Shown here: piece by piece, positions 22,331 through 49,900 of the stretch
How positions within the stretch are numbered: position 1 is the first letter of the stretch
Layout: each line of letters starts with the position of its first letter
Position numbers and translations under genes: made by a program
Notes under the pieces: model-generated
Database searches by the model: none
The model's input: the letters and a program-made list of their open reading frames with translations, nothing else
What the model was told of the DNA's origin: nothing
Origin: Bugula neritina
Lineage: Eukaryota; Animalia; Bryozoa
Length of the DNA stretch: 64,000 nt
Direction of reading: 5' to 3'
Assembly: GCA_964035545.1 (NCBI GenBank)
Contig: OZ037768.1
Span: 7,286,741-7,350,740 of the forward strand

Positions 22331-25300
22331 TGTAGCTATATAAGCTATTGAAGAAAAAGCTAAGAAAAGCTTTTAGCTATATATAGCTAGTTTTTGACAT
22401 ATGTAATGTCTTTTTACTTGCTTTGTACTATTCAACCAGTTTACATGTCCTCGCTGCAATAAAAATCTATATTGTAATTCTACAGTAACAATATAAAACA
22501 TTACTCACTGTTAGGCATTAAATTTGATATGAAATTAAATTTTAAGCCCAGGCTGTTTTGATATTTTAATGTACCGTTGTAGTAATCTATTAAAACCAAC
22601 AACAAGAACCAAAATTATGATGCAATAATATTAAAAACAACAATTGCCTATAATAATATAGTATTAAATCAGTCATTATGATTAGGATTGTGTTGATGAA
22701 TATCCATATATTAAAATCTATTTATTTCAGGTTGCAAAATTTTAGCTATTATAGTTCTATTTATTTTGCTTTGTGATAATTATGCGTATTCAAAATGAGT
22801 AACGCCAAAAATATGATGTTAATGTTTGATAGTAATAACTTACAACTATGATAATCATAATAATTACAATGAGTGATTGTGATATTTGCATTAATTTTTA
22901 TTGTTGTCATAGTGATAGGGATTATGATGACTTTGAAGCTCAAAAAAAGTATAATTAAATATTAACAATTCAATTAAATTTTATTTTTAAAAATGCATAA
23001 GCAGGTATAACTACAACTACAAAAATCACGGCAATATCATTCTGAGTTTAAATATAAGCAGCATTATGAATAGTAACATGATAATGTCACTATGGTTATT
23101 ATCAACAGCTATGCTTACCAACACGTGATTGCAAAAAATCTATAATAATTTAACTTTAAAGTAGTCTAAATTGAATTGAGGTTTACATAATCTGAATTGA
23201 AAAAAGAAATGGAGTTTTTCCCCCGTAAAAATCTTTGTTATTCATTTCAACAGCAAAAAAAATAAATTTTCTGAATACTACACAAAGTTGAAAATACATA
23301 GTTTCGGTATGTTTGCGATAAGAAGCTTTTCTTATTCAATTTTAATGGAATTGGGTCAGAATTTGAGTTTAAAGGAACTTTTCAAACTTTCCCCTTCAAT
23401 TAGTCACAAGTTGTTCGCCATTTAAGCTCTAGTTTCCTGTTAAAAATTAAAAATTGTGGTGTTGTACAGATATCATTATTTCGTTTTTTGTAAATATTTA
23501 AAAGCATCTCTTATTAGCATGTGCTTGTATTTATAAAGACCCCATTGCATGAGCTAGTTCACTGATGTCTGTGTTATTCAAATGCAGATGTATAGTAACC
23601 CATATGCTAAATATATTTTATCATTGGTTATACATGTATAAAAATTAAAATACCAATATTAAGGTAGACAATATAAAATAAGTTTCAAATTAGTTTCGAG
23701 TAAGTGTTTGTGATTAGTATGTAGGCTACTGCTAGATCTGTTGGGGTTCACCTAGTTATGAACCTTATCTGCTTGATATTTTGAGGTGAGTTAATTACTG
23801 ATAAAAAATATTAGTTTGCCATATTACGCATGAGTCTATTTTTTCAAAATATCGGAATATTTATTTGCTTTCAGGTTTAACATACAAATTAAACTTTTAA
23901 ATTTAAGGGAACTAATTGGTTCGTTTTTTATGACTGGGTAAGTTAGTTGTACCGTAACCTTTTCAGATTTAATGTTGGCTGTTACTTTGTTTTATGAGAA
24001 ATTTGCACAAACTGGCAGTAAGTCTAGGTATTCTAATGACCTTAGGGTGTATCTAGTGGCTTGATTTGTTGATGGGTGTGCTGTCATTAAGATTTCTACC
24101 ATTTTCGGTCACTGACACTATTTGTACCACTACCTTCAGTGATACTAGTACTTGATTATATAACAAAGTCAGGAGCTCCGCCCACAATTGTTTACAAAGT
24201 GCTTATTAAATTTCACTTGTAGCTATTATTGATTAGCCATTCTTTAACTTAGCAGAAGATTTTTTATATACGTACCACCATATTTTATACCTTAGCAATT
24301 TAGCCTACTAGCAAATTACAAAACTGAAAATTGGTGAAATATCCTCAAAATGATGTAACATACATGCAATATTTGCATTGCTCCCATGGGCTAGATTTTT
24401 GATGTTCAAAATATACACTTATATTTGCAAATTTATGTTAACTACTTATTTGTATGCTATTAATAAAATTTGTGTTATTAAATCATCCAGCGCAGATAGC
24501 AATATCAAGGCTGAGCCAAAAACACACTAATATTAGTTACTTCCTGTATAGGAGAATATCTCGGCAATTTTATCATGTTTTTTAATAATTATACTATTTT
24601 TAGCAATACTTGATTTTTAAAATATAAATATGTAAATTTTTGGTTCAAAAGTTATTTAAATAATGGCATGAAAGTCACCTAATTAGTAAGCTACCTTATT
24701 AATTGTTTATATTTTCACATCTAATTCACTTTAAAAGAGTTTCACGATTTATTTAGTTACCAGCCCATCAAGAGTGATAACTCCTGCTTGGTATTAACTA
24801 AAAATTTAGTAGATGGGCACATACGTTATCTGCATAAAGCTGAGCTTCGCAAATAATAATAGCCGGTTTCGGTTGGGAACAATGTTCTCAAAGCACTGGC
24901 CCATTTATGTATGGTTTAAACAATTTGATGCAAAAGAATCTGCAACTAAAATATTTAAAAAAGTACTAACAACAAAGATACATTTTAGAATACACTACAA
25001 ATTACTAACTCAGAAAAATAATTCCAATTCAGTATGTTTTTATTAAAAAATGCATTTACTTATATTATATTATGTTTTCAAGCAGCTGGTGTATAATTAC
25101 ACCTTGTAGTGGTATCTTTCTCTCATTGCGCAAGCATTAAAGCATGTTATGTTAAAGAATTACAACTGGCAGCCTGTTTGATAAATTTTCCCATATCAGT
25201 CATGGGAAAAAGTTACCTGAGTTACCCAATCAACAACGCGGTGAAGATGCTCTTACAAAACCCTTCAATAATAACTGTAAAAATAGAAGTGAGCTTTTTC

Positions 25301-25787
25301 CTTCAGAAGCTTTGCTAAAACACACTGTGCCACAAAAGAAAACACGCTTTAGCTACCAAAAGATTACAATATGTATACTTAAGCCTATTCAATGTCATGA
25401 CAAATGATATACCTTTTACACAATATCTTTTAGAAGATAAGACTGATGCTTACGCTATCAATATCACCTGGTTTTACCGATTTTACAGTCCTGTGTTATC
25501 TTTGTGTTAGCTCAGTTCACCATATTCCGACAGCCGGCTTCCAAATATTTTTTCCCACACTTATCACCTCCACTTCATCGGTCCTAAAAGTCACCAAGCT
25601 CATTTAAAATTTACTTGTTGAACTTGAAAGAGACTACTGATATTAGCTAATATAATGTAGCTGTTTGTTGCAATTGGCTTTATAATCAGCAACTCTAGTG
25701 GAGATTTGAACATCGGTTTGTTGGCAGCTTTATTTCGTTGGAGCGGCTGTCTGTAGTCGTGGGAAATTTTTTTGTTCTTAATAAGTG

Positions 25788-39326
<13,539 letters not shown>

Positions 39327-39709
39327 TTGTTCAACTATGTGGAAAGATAACTCCAAATGTAATATTTGCTACTGCCTGCTTCCATTTTAGTAGTCATGCA
39401 TTCAGTAATGATTACAAGATATTATATTACGTAGTTGCCAGTAAATAAATCATATTCCGATGTGTAAACTGTAAATAGTAATCTATATTATTTTAAATGA
39501 TATTTATGTTCATTTGTATTCTGACAAAACCTCATATGACTCATTTGGGAATACTAGTTATTGCATGTTGACTAAACAACTTTTTAGCAATTTTATTTGT
39601 GCTTTAAATAATTTCATTGTATTGCACGTGACATGAGCAAGCCAAATTTTTTATGCTCATTAAATTTTCCAAGTGTGATGTCATTTTTGTAACTATACTT
39701 TGTATCTAA

Positions 39710-39715
39710 AATAAA
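39710..39715 (+). terminator. Candidate Su(H) polyadenylation signal
   Basis: AATAAA ~385 nt after the stop; weak evidence in an AT-rich context. Confidence 0.4.
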
Positions 39716-40821
39716 ACTTCTAATTTAAACACGAATAATACTTTATATGAATGTCATCAATAATACAGTTTAACTGCATGAATGTGTTATTAGGAGGGTC
39801 AACTAGTCATTGGTATTAATAAGGAACTTGTCTTTCATGGTCTATTGGTTGGCCTAAACGGTTTGTAACTTTGTAGGAAATATTCAGGGACAATTATTCA
39901 GTTATAATTAAGATTAATATCAACTAAAGCTCAACAAGAAGGCTCATACTGCATTCACACACCTGGTATTTAGACATTCTTTTAAAGTGTTGCAATAGCT
40001 TTTTATTTACTGTTGAAGTCGTAGAAATTGTGAAAATATGTCAGCTCAGCTGCTAAGGCTATCAACAAAAATATAGTCAGTTCATCACTGCTGGCAATGG
40101 CTACTATCCGCCCACACACCATAAATAATCAGCTATTCAAGTAATCAAACAAGTTTATTTTTTTATATTACTCATTATCAAAATGAATATAATTAAAAAC
40201 AATTATCTTATATTTAAATTATTGTAAATAGAAAACTTGTTCATAATTAGATTATTCAGGCTTCTTAACAATTATATATTTTAAACCCACAACCCAATAA
40301 ATAGCACCTTGTCAATTTATTCATATCTGTAATATATGCAATGTAATATATAACAATAAATGAAATTCTGGAATTGTAACGGAAGGATTTTTGATCAACA
40401 AAGAAACAAAAATATATTTACACATAACCAAAACATACTTTGAGCATGGGAGTTATCTACTCAATAAGACAACTGCTGTGTATGACCCTTAAATTGTATA
40501 AAAATATATCTGGATAAAAGAAATATGGAATGTGGCAATATACTTACAACTTTTAGTGTAAGTGATTAGCTACCTACTTATAGCAGAGTTGAATCTACAG
40601 TGCCCTAAACAATATCAATTAACCAAGACTAACATGAGCAAACATTTCAAAAAGTTAGCCAGAACAAGTTAAAGATTGTCTTAGCTTTCATAGTTTTGCG
40701 TTTAGGGTAAAAGTGCAACGATCCCCATGCAACATTATCACTACAAATGGTTGGGGCTAGTCGCAATTACCGGTGTCAGATCAAATATCAATTGGGTTCT
40801 GGTAGAAGTGGAATACCTTCA

Positions 40822-40961
40822 TTAGGTGAGTTCATGTGCAACTACGCCTAGTATTAAAGAAGTGATGACAACGTATTTAGATACTGTATTCCTCGTGTCT
40901 GAACTATTAGCAAATTGATCATAAATTTCTTGGATCCCTAATGCTTCACGAGGATTTGCAC
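40822..40961 (-). CDS. Ephrin: Ephrin putative last coding exon (GPI-signal-like)
   Basis: Acceptor CTTTTGTATTTGTAG, phase 1; ANPREALGIQEIYDQFANSSDTRNTVSKYVVITSLILGVVAHELT stop. Confidence 0.65.
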
Positions 40962-43900
40962 CTACAAATACAAAAGCATTTCGTTAACGGATATTGATAG
41001 TGATTAATAAATTCTACTTCTTATTGAGACAGAGTATCCTTGAGTAGAGTAGAGTGAGTGTAACATTATAAGTTAGCCAATGAAGGCCTCAAATAACAAA
41101 ACCAACTACACAACTGAGCATTTGACAACAGGTTATTGTGTCTACATACTGATCAACTTCATCATTCTTTTAAGAATAAAAGTCAATATTGTTTCTATTG
41201 ATGAAAACTGTAGAAAAACACATTCAGACACACTGTCTACAAAGTCGTTACCCGATAACTAAAATTGAAAGTTTTTACATATAAAGTAAACAGGCAAATT
41301 ACACAAGTTAAAATGTGACTTGAGTCCATTTTTCTTCTTAGTTCAGTTTGTGATTATATGTGTATACAGCTAGACTTAGTAAGGAATTAGAAATCAGTAA
41401 TCATTATTGAATTATATACAATATCATTAAAAGGAAAGCAACACATTTGTTCATTAGACTATCAATTAGAGAATCACTAATGCTGAGATGAGAAACTAAG
41501 GCCGTGCAGTGTCGACATATTTGACGACAAAGGGAAGGTAAACCTGCTGACTAGGCAATACACAAATACAAACGTGATAATTATCGGCTTTACTTTCGCC
41601 ACGCATGAGCGAATAATTTAGAATACGACTTATCAAAGGATGGGAATAAGTCATATTATTATAATGATAAACGAAACATTCATATGTTTAATACACTAAC
41701 AAAGCCATCAATCATAGTGTGATCAGTAGTCTATTAGATGGACACTGTTGTGTAATTGATAAGGATTCTACAAACTGCAAGTTTGAATAGAAAACAATAT
41801 TACATTATAATGCATATAAATGTCACTGAAATACACCTGCTGAACTAGTCATATTCGAACAATGAATGGCTAGTAAGGTGGTTTATTAAAGGTGAGAAGA
41901 TTATCTTCTTATGATTATTCTTCTGCCACATTGAATATTTGTAGCCAAGCAGCACATCAAATCAAGTGGGGAAACTATTTGAAGTTGCATTAACTTGAAT
42001 AGATAAAAATTCCTAATTACTTTCATCAGTAATGTACTATAAAACACTTACTAGTTGATAATATTTTAGTTGTAACATCCTTCCAGGATGTAGTAGGTGA
42101 TGATGTGGTAGTTGATATAGTTGTAGGTGGATCTCCAGTTGCTATTGGTGGATCTGTAAAACCTAAAACAGCACAATTTACTATAAAACATAGTGAATCA
42201 CAAATAGAGTGAAAAGAAGGACTCAAATTAAACTGCTAGAAATAACTAGAATAATAATTTACTGAAGCATTACAAATTAACATTGTCTTTCTGTAGTAAC
42301 TAGAGCTACAAATGTTACTGTCTTTTTTATGGATTTCTTTGGGTATGCTATAACAAGACAACAGTTGATATTTTTCAGTGATTCCACTATACTGGAAGTT
42401 GGTCGGGAGTGAAACTACTTTTACGATATCAAGGTTGAAACATCTACAGAGACTAATAGATGACTTCACAAAGCAGACATTTGGGAGAGGATGATCAGCT
42501 GGACACTTGGTGAATTCCTGAACCTTTCAGTAGTGAGATATAACTGGATGTATAGCAGGAAATGAGAGAAATTAGACTGTTTAAGACGGGCATAGGATAA
42601 CTCCCCAAACATTTGCAGGACTTTGTAAAGTTTGGTTGGTCTCAAATTACAGAAAGGAGGGCATTAGCAATGTTGGGAATAGAGGAGTAAGCATAGACAA
42701 TAAATGTATACAAAGGATGGTTTCGTAACTAAAGTTTAAAAGTTAATGAACCTCTTTTATAGCTCAATTGTTTGAAAATATAAAATAAACAATTTGACAA
42801 GATTTTGACTGGCTTTAGTATTATCAAGCAGGATACTTTCTAACATTGAGTCTAGGTTTAGTGAGAAATGAGATTAACATAAATAAGCCAACTAAATAGA
42901 TTAAAGCTGGTATATCAAATAGAAAATTGCAAGCATTATAGTGTTGCAAAGAGAGGATGATGGAGTGCAAGTTGAAAGTTGGAGATACCTGCAGTTTGAT
43001 TGCATTTAACTGCCTCGGCTGGGCATGTAAATGTCGAATCTGTGCAAATAATAAACATATCACATAGAAAAATTCCTTCTACTCACAAAAATTGTGTAAT
43101 AATAACATAAGATAAAGTAAAATAGAGTTGTCAAAATATGTGGTTTCTAGAGGTGAATTATAAATATTTGAGGTAAAAGGTACAATCATAGCGACTTCCA
43201 TCAAATTCAATGTAAAGAGCAACCTTCTTGGGGAAACAGTCTAGGTAGATCACAGAGAAGTGACAAAGTAAGCTATGTTATTAACCAGTATAGAATGCCA
43301 TAAGAAGACCCAACCAAATAAGTCAAACAAAAGATTGATTGATACACATTTCCACTTCTTTTAAGATTGAATATAAATTACATGTTCAATGATCTATTTA
43401 TGCATTATCACCAATACTTAAAGACCTATTGAATCATGAAATATTTGGGCAAGAGATTGCAATCTAATACAATTTGATATAAACTAGCATAAGATATTAA
43501 AAAGATAGCTGTTTGGCTACCTTTTGATGTTCTTCAACTTATTGAGAAATTAGGTAAATCACTTCGTTGATTTCTCAAAGCTAATCAGCTAATCAGCTAA
43601 TCAATCTGGTAGTAAATTTGCTAAAAACTTTAAACTAATACTAGAACTTTTTTTTAAATATAAAAATGGAGTCAGCTGAAATTATAGTACAATCACTACA
43701 ACTTACTGTCGTTGCAGCAGACCCTGACTATAGCTTTCATGTTGTATCTTTTACAGGCACTGTGCGTTGGTTCTCTGTTATTGATGCCACTTAGAGGTCC
43801 TGTAGATATAGCTGCAAGAAAATGTTTCAAATATTTCAAATAGCAAACTGACAAACTAAATCCTGCAGGTGATCTAACTAGAAATTGCTTCTTTCCGCAA

Positions 43901-46900
43901 AAATAATCATCTCAAGAAAGTATATTAGTTGAAAAACAGGTGTTGATTACCCAGTGAATATTTTCACAGGAGTTTTTATAAATTCTGACTGCTTTAAGGG
44001 AAATAAAATGGCTAAGAGTAGATACAGCAGGTCAGATTATTAAAATGTTGGAGTATTATAATGGATAAACGACAGATTTAAACCAGGAATACTAAATCCC
44101 AAGGATTAGCCAAGTGCACTATCATGGGAAAGCAGATTATTAGTCTGGGAGACGTGTGATGGAAATGCTGCAGTTTATCACCACATTCTCTCAAGTCTTA
44201 ACCACATAGCTATGCATTTCTGAATATTAATTAATGGCTCTAGCTGCTAACCCTATCACTCCAATTACCTAGTTTCTACTAAATGGCGGCCATTTAAAAA
44301 TGTGTTTTTTGTAAACCTGATACAGTTTCCAGTATAAAAAGTATTGAAATTTTTTGCCCAAATATTAAAACTAGTTGAGTTTTCAATTTTAATGAATATT
44401 TAAAAAGTGGCTGGCAAATAATTAAATAACTAAGTTTAAAGTTCATTTTAATAAACAAGTTAGCTTCCTAAAAGTCAATAAAATGTTGTTGCTACAATAA
44501 TTTTTCTACCAAGCAAAGAAGTCATTCTAAATAAACTACTATTATGCAGGATTATAAAAAATACGGAACAATTATTAGTCTAACTTGTCACGGCTACATA
44601 AATGACCAGTAAACTGATTATATATAATTAATATAGACAACTTTGGTTTAATAATCTTAAACCTCAAATGTCAAAGTGATGAAAAATGGTGGCAAAATTT
44701 TAAGGCTATAAGCTAAGTTGATTGCTATCAATAAAGCTGTAGCTCTCTAAGATTTCTCGCACTTACAGGTAAAGAAATACTCTTGTCCTGAGACGTACGA
44801 AAGCCCACCATAGCTGCCAGGCAAAGGTAGGAAATGGTCAATAAACGAAGTAAATTCTGTCTGGTTGTAGGGTGTGCTACAGTTGTGAACTTTTTCTATG
44901 CCGTACTGATTCCTCAGTTGAGATTCACTGACGTTAGGGATGTGACATGAATCATAAAATCTCTTTGGAAGCTGCAACACAGAATTCAGAGCATATTCTG
45001 ACTTAATAATCAGTATTTAAATATCGTGGAATTTAATCTTGTACATCAGTTATAATGACCCTGCATTCGAAACACTTTGATAGAGCAAAGGTTACACGCG
45101 ATACTTGACAGTTCCATTTAATTTATTCACATTGCACGCACAATTCAATTGTATCTTTAGTACGATCTCCTCCAATGGATGCTTTAATAACATAAGCCAT
45201 GAGAAAAATCTAATAGTTACTAACATGCGTGGTATTCAACAGTTATGGGTGTAAAATAGACGTGTGCTGCAGACACAATCAAATGACTCAAACAATTCTA
45301 CACAATAGGAGCAAATAACAATAGCCCTGGTCTAACATCTTGACTTGTAGCATTAGAATTTGTTCAACTCACATAAAACCCGTTTTTTGTCAACAGTTAG
45401 GAACCCAAACTAAATAAATATTATCCAGTATGGACTATGTTCATAGTACAAACTATAGACTTTATTTCTCTGATCATTTTCCATACATACCCTGTAAATG
45501 ATGTAGTGTTCTGTATCATCCCTGTCTGTAGTTGAATCGGTATAAAATGGACAAATAAATCTAATTCTTTCCTTTATTTGAACTTGCACAATATGATCAT
45601 TGTTACTTCGTAGAAATCTATAAGAAACATGAGAAGACAAGGTTTTTATGTGCATCTACATTCTGTTAATTTAGTTTTACATCACAAACAAAACAACTGT
45701 GACAAATATCATGTTTCCTCTGTCCATCAATAAAGATAATATTGTCATATTGGATAATATTAATAGGGAAATGAAGACACTCTTCTGGCTGGTTTTGATA
45801 TATTTAACCAACGTGATGTGACAATGCAATGCTTTCCTAGGTTAGTACTTCTTTATTTTATACCATTGTATTACAAGTAACAACTACTGCGTGTCAAAAG
45901 CGTAAGGTTGCGCAGTTAATACTGATATATGTGTTTTTGAAATGGTTTTCATTGTGCAGGTTCCAGTAGAGAAGAATAATTATCTGGGTGGCAGTGTTTT
46001 GCTATGATAAAAGATGATATGATATATTCTTAAAAGAACAAATGCTATTGTTATGTTCCTCATATAACTTCAGACTCATTGTTAGCCTCAGACACCCAAA
46101 GTGTTACATAGAGCCTGCAGGCATTATGCATTCCTTCTGTAGGCTTATAGAAATCAAGACTATTTTATGCCAGTCTAACTTTACTCAGAAATAAGAACTA
46201 AATAGCACACAACTAAGACACCAGGACTTAAACTATAATAATATAGAACCTGTTTCAGTCACAATCTAAATCAAAATTATACAATATTACCATAAATATG
46301 AAATATATAACTGCACCTATTTAAAAACTAAATTGAATCTACTTAAAATGCATAAATTCATCTTTCTGTCCTATTATAATATTAATTAAAAAATGCAGAA
46401 GCTGTAAGTCAATGCAGACTACTGCATGTATGGCAGGGAGGGCAGAAAATTCAGACTATAGCTATATTTATTTGTACTGCCAAGTACTTTATGACATTAT
46501 TAATTTACCAAAGTTAATTAGCTAATTTATATTCTGTTTTTCTAACCAGTCATTACAGTATTAGCTATGATAAACCACAGAGGTGTAATGCTACGCTATA
46601 GACCATAAACCTGGATATAATATGACTTCAACATTCCTTTATTATGTTGATAGATGTATAAAATATGTGTGCCATAAGCTGAACTAAATGTTATGATCCC
46701 TCTATGTCTAAGCAGATATTGTAAACAGGGTAGTTAAGTCACTAGCTAGGTTACAGTTTACTGCTCAACAATTATTCCATGCATGAACAGTTAAGTTAAT
46801 AATTTCAGCAGCAACAAATAAAATCAACTAAATGCTGAGTGAGAGTGGGCCCTATATCTGATATCTTAACTCATAGAGTCTTCAAAATTATTTGCTATGT

Positions 46901-49900
46901 CACTTAGCTTCAAGCTATAGGAAATTAATAGCAGCATGAGCCAAAAATCTAATAACACAATTGCATACAACATCATATTAATTGACACCTATTAACCTAA
47001 ATGGTTTAATATGTTAAGTAACGTAATATTTTATAATGATGCACATATTTGTGGGATAATTTTACCATTTATGCATATGATTTTTAAAGTTCTGCTTATT
47101 AAGACCTGAAGATGTGGGAGGGAAAAGACACTACATTAAAATACAATGCACTGATTTACCATAGATACAACAAAGAAGTGAAACAACATATTATTATAAC
47201 ATATTGATTAGTGAGCCTTCACAGGTGTGGAACCAACAGAACATCAATGGGAATTCACGTCATACTATGGGCAAAGAGTTTTTGTCAACTCTTAACATTT
47301 AATGCAACTTTGTAAAGAACAATGTTTATGAGCTGCAAAGGCAATTGCTACTATTCACAGCATTGTACAGGTGATATAAGTTTCCACATAATAGTCTATG
47401 TACTAGACAATGATCTTCATCCCAATGCAGAGCTATTTATAGAACACTCTTATACTTGTAGAATGTATTATATACATCTCAAAGCACATTCTAGAAACAA
47501 TTATAAAATTATCAAGCATTAAATTATTTATTTTGTAACATTTTTTGCTAAAGTTTGGTAGACTCGCACCAGTTAGCTTATAAGCAGTTTCACTAAAAAT
47601 TCCACCTAATGGTGAAACATATTTGGAAAGAGTGGAAACAAGGTGCACTGATGTAGCAATAATGTCATCATGGTAACCTGTGATAGATGAGCCTTTCACC
47701 ATGAGGAAAAAATTTCATTACTGTGGCAATAATCCAATAGTTAAGTAATGTTACATTTTAAATACTAGCGGCTATTTCACTGACTTGGTGAAGCTATATT
47801 TGAGATGGCTGCCAGTACTCTTAGCTTGTATCTAATTCATTTCAAACTCTAAGCACATCTCGTTCACAGATACAACTTAAATGGGTTTCAAGGAGAAGAT
47901 AAGATTCAGATCAAGTGAATAGTACTAACTAGACAAACAAATTTGCATAAATAGATTACTTTGAATAACACCAAAACTCCTTTTCACCAAATCATCATCT
48001 GTCATCTTGGTATGAATTCCGGTACTATATGAATCAACGAGCATATGACTCCAACTACCAGTACTTTTGATAGCTTGAATTTCTAATATATTTCTATTTA
48101 GGTGCAGCAGTGGAGAAATTGAGATAGCCCAAGTTCTTTAAATTTTGTATAAAATTTTGGTTTGGGGGCGGGTTGAAATTCTTCTTTTGCTACATTTCTA
48201 ATCTAGAACACAGGCTTTTCTCAATTTTTCCTTTACTGCACCTACCTCGTCTATTTAGGATTTCACACTTGCTCAGTGCAACAAATACTTATCGGCTGGT
48301 AGTCGCAGTACTTGAAGCTATAAGATGTGTAGCACAAAGACAAAGGTATTCTTTTACACACAGCTGTGTAATTCGTAATTACCTTAATTAATATAATTGC
48401 ATTCTTTATATTACAGGCTCATCATTCCTAAACCAAACCAAGACAATAGCTTGAATATCAAAGTTGGGCTATATATCACTTAAATATTTGAATTAATAAT
48501 AGTCATTATTATTTATAAAGGAATATTAATATTAATGATGAAATATATTATATTATTTGAATAATTTATTGCATTTTTAGTACCTGTGTGATAACCTAAC
48601 TTTCTCTCATATATGCAAAAGAAAAAGGTTGAATTGTACACGAATACAAGTTTTCCCACCGGATCAATCACTATTCAGAGAGCTAAGCTTAGTAAAATAT
48701 ACTATAGTTGAGTCATTTATGGCTGTCTATAAAGAGTGTTTATATTATGTTATCTCTGCTATGTCTATGCCTAGCCACTACCTATAAACAAGAATGATGT
48801 CATACACTAGTACTAATAAAACAACCCACGGCTCTATATGCTAGATAAAAGCTGTCTGGACTGAAACAGCATTTTATCTTCGAAATATTGGCGACATTGA
48901 AAACTAAATTCACTTAACATCTTTTTTTCAGCTCCAGTTACAATTTGATTTTCATAGATTCTATTGTCGACTGGTCGCACTTTGTCTTTGTACTCAAAGC
49001 AATTTAGTGGTTTATGAATTTATTTTACTAATTGTGCCTTTTGAATAAAGAACAATTTTCTTTTAATAATGGAAGGAGCCGAAGCAGGCAATCTAAACTC
49101 ATTGAAGCCTTCATTCTGTAATACTAACAATAGTCTATAGTGGCATGCAACTGCATCTAAAATAAATATGTAATTTTCCTTTAAACTTTATTTACCTATG
49201 TACACTAGTGTCACTGATAAACAAGCTTCTATTTGATTTGTCAACTGTGAACTCCCATTGCAGAAAACTAGACTATTGAAATGTGATATAACAGTGTTAG
49301 CAGCTCCATGTAATAGAAACAAGACCCCAGTCAAGTCAAGCGTATACAAATTAATTGACAAAAATTTACAATGTTTTCATCCCTAACAAAAAATCATACT
49401 TTGGCTAAAATCTAAATAATAATCTAAGCTGAATGATTTATACAAAATATTCTCACCACTATCAGTATTCAGAAATAGTACGAGAAGTCGACTCTGCCCT
49501 CCACAATAGCTACAAACCTTTAGGAAACAAAGGCTTTTTCTGAGTTTCTAATGTTATGCTCAACTTAGTCTTGTTTACAATCCCTTTTGTAAAAAGTCAT
49601 TGATACAATGTCCATATTGAAACCTTTTTAAACTTGTAGATAAAAGGTTTGCAAAGCTTGATCAAAAGATAAATTCAAATTTGTCATATGAACAACATGA
49701 ATTGCATAAAAACAATACAGCAGTAAATTTAATACACCTTCAAAGCTGACTCTAAGCTTATTCTGCACAACTTGTGATTAGAAAGTTGCCAGACCTGCTA
49801 AGCCAAAGTGTCAGGTGCAAAGGATTATGTTTTCTCAACTTTTTGACTTTCTACTAGCTGGTTAAAGTTATTTTCTTCTTTCTAGCTTTGCTGGAGCAAC

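Noticed and set aside
41100-41260. Alternative ephrin terminal exons after acceptors near 41258 and 41208
   Set aside because: In the required phase 1 they reach stops within 2-12 codons and give no anchor signal.
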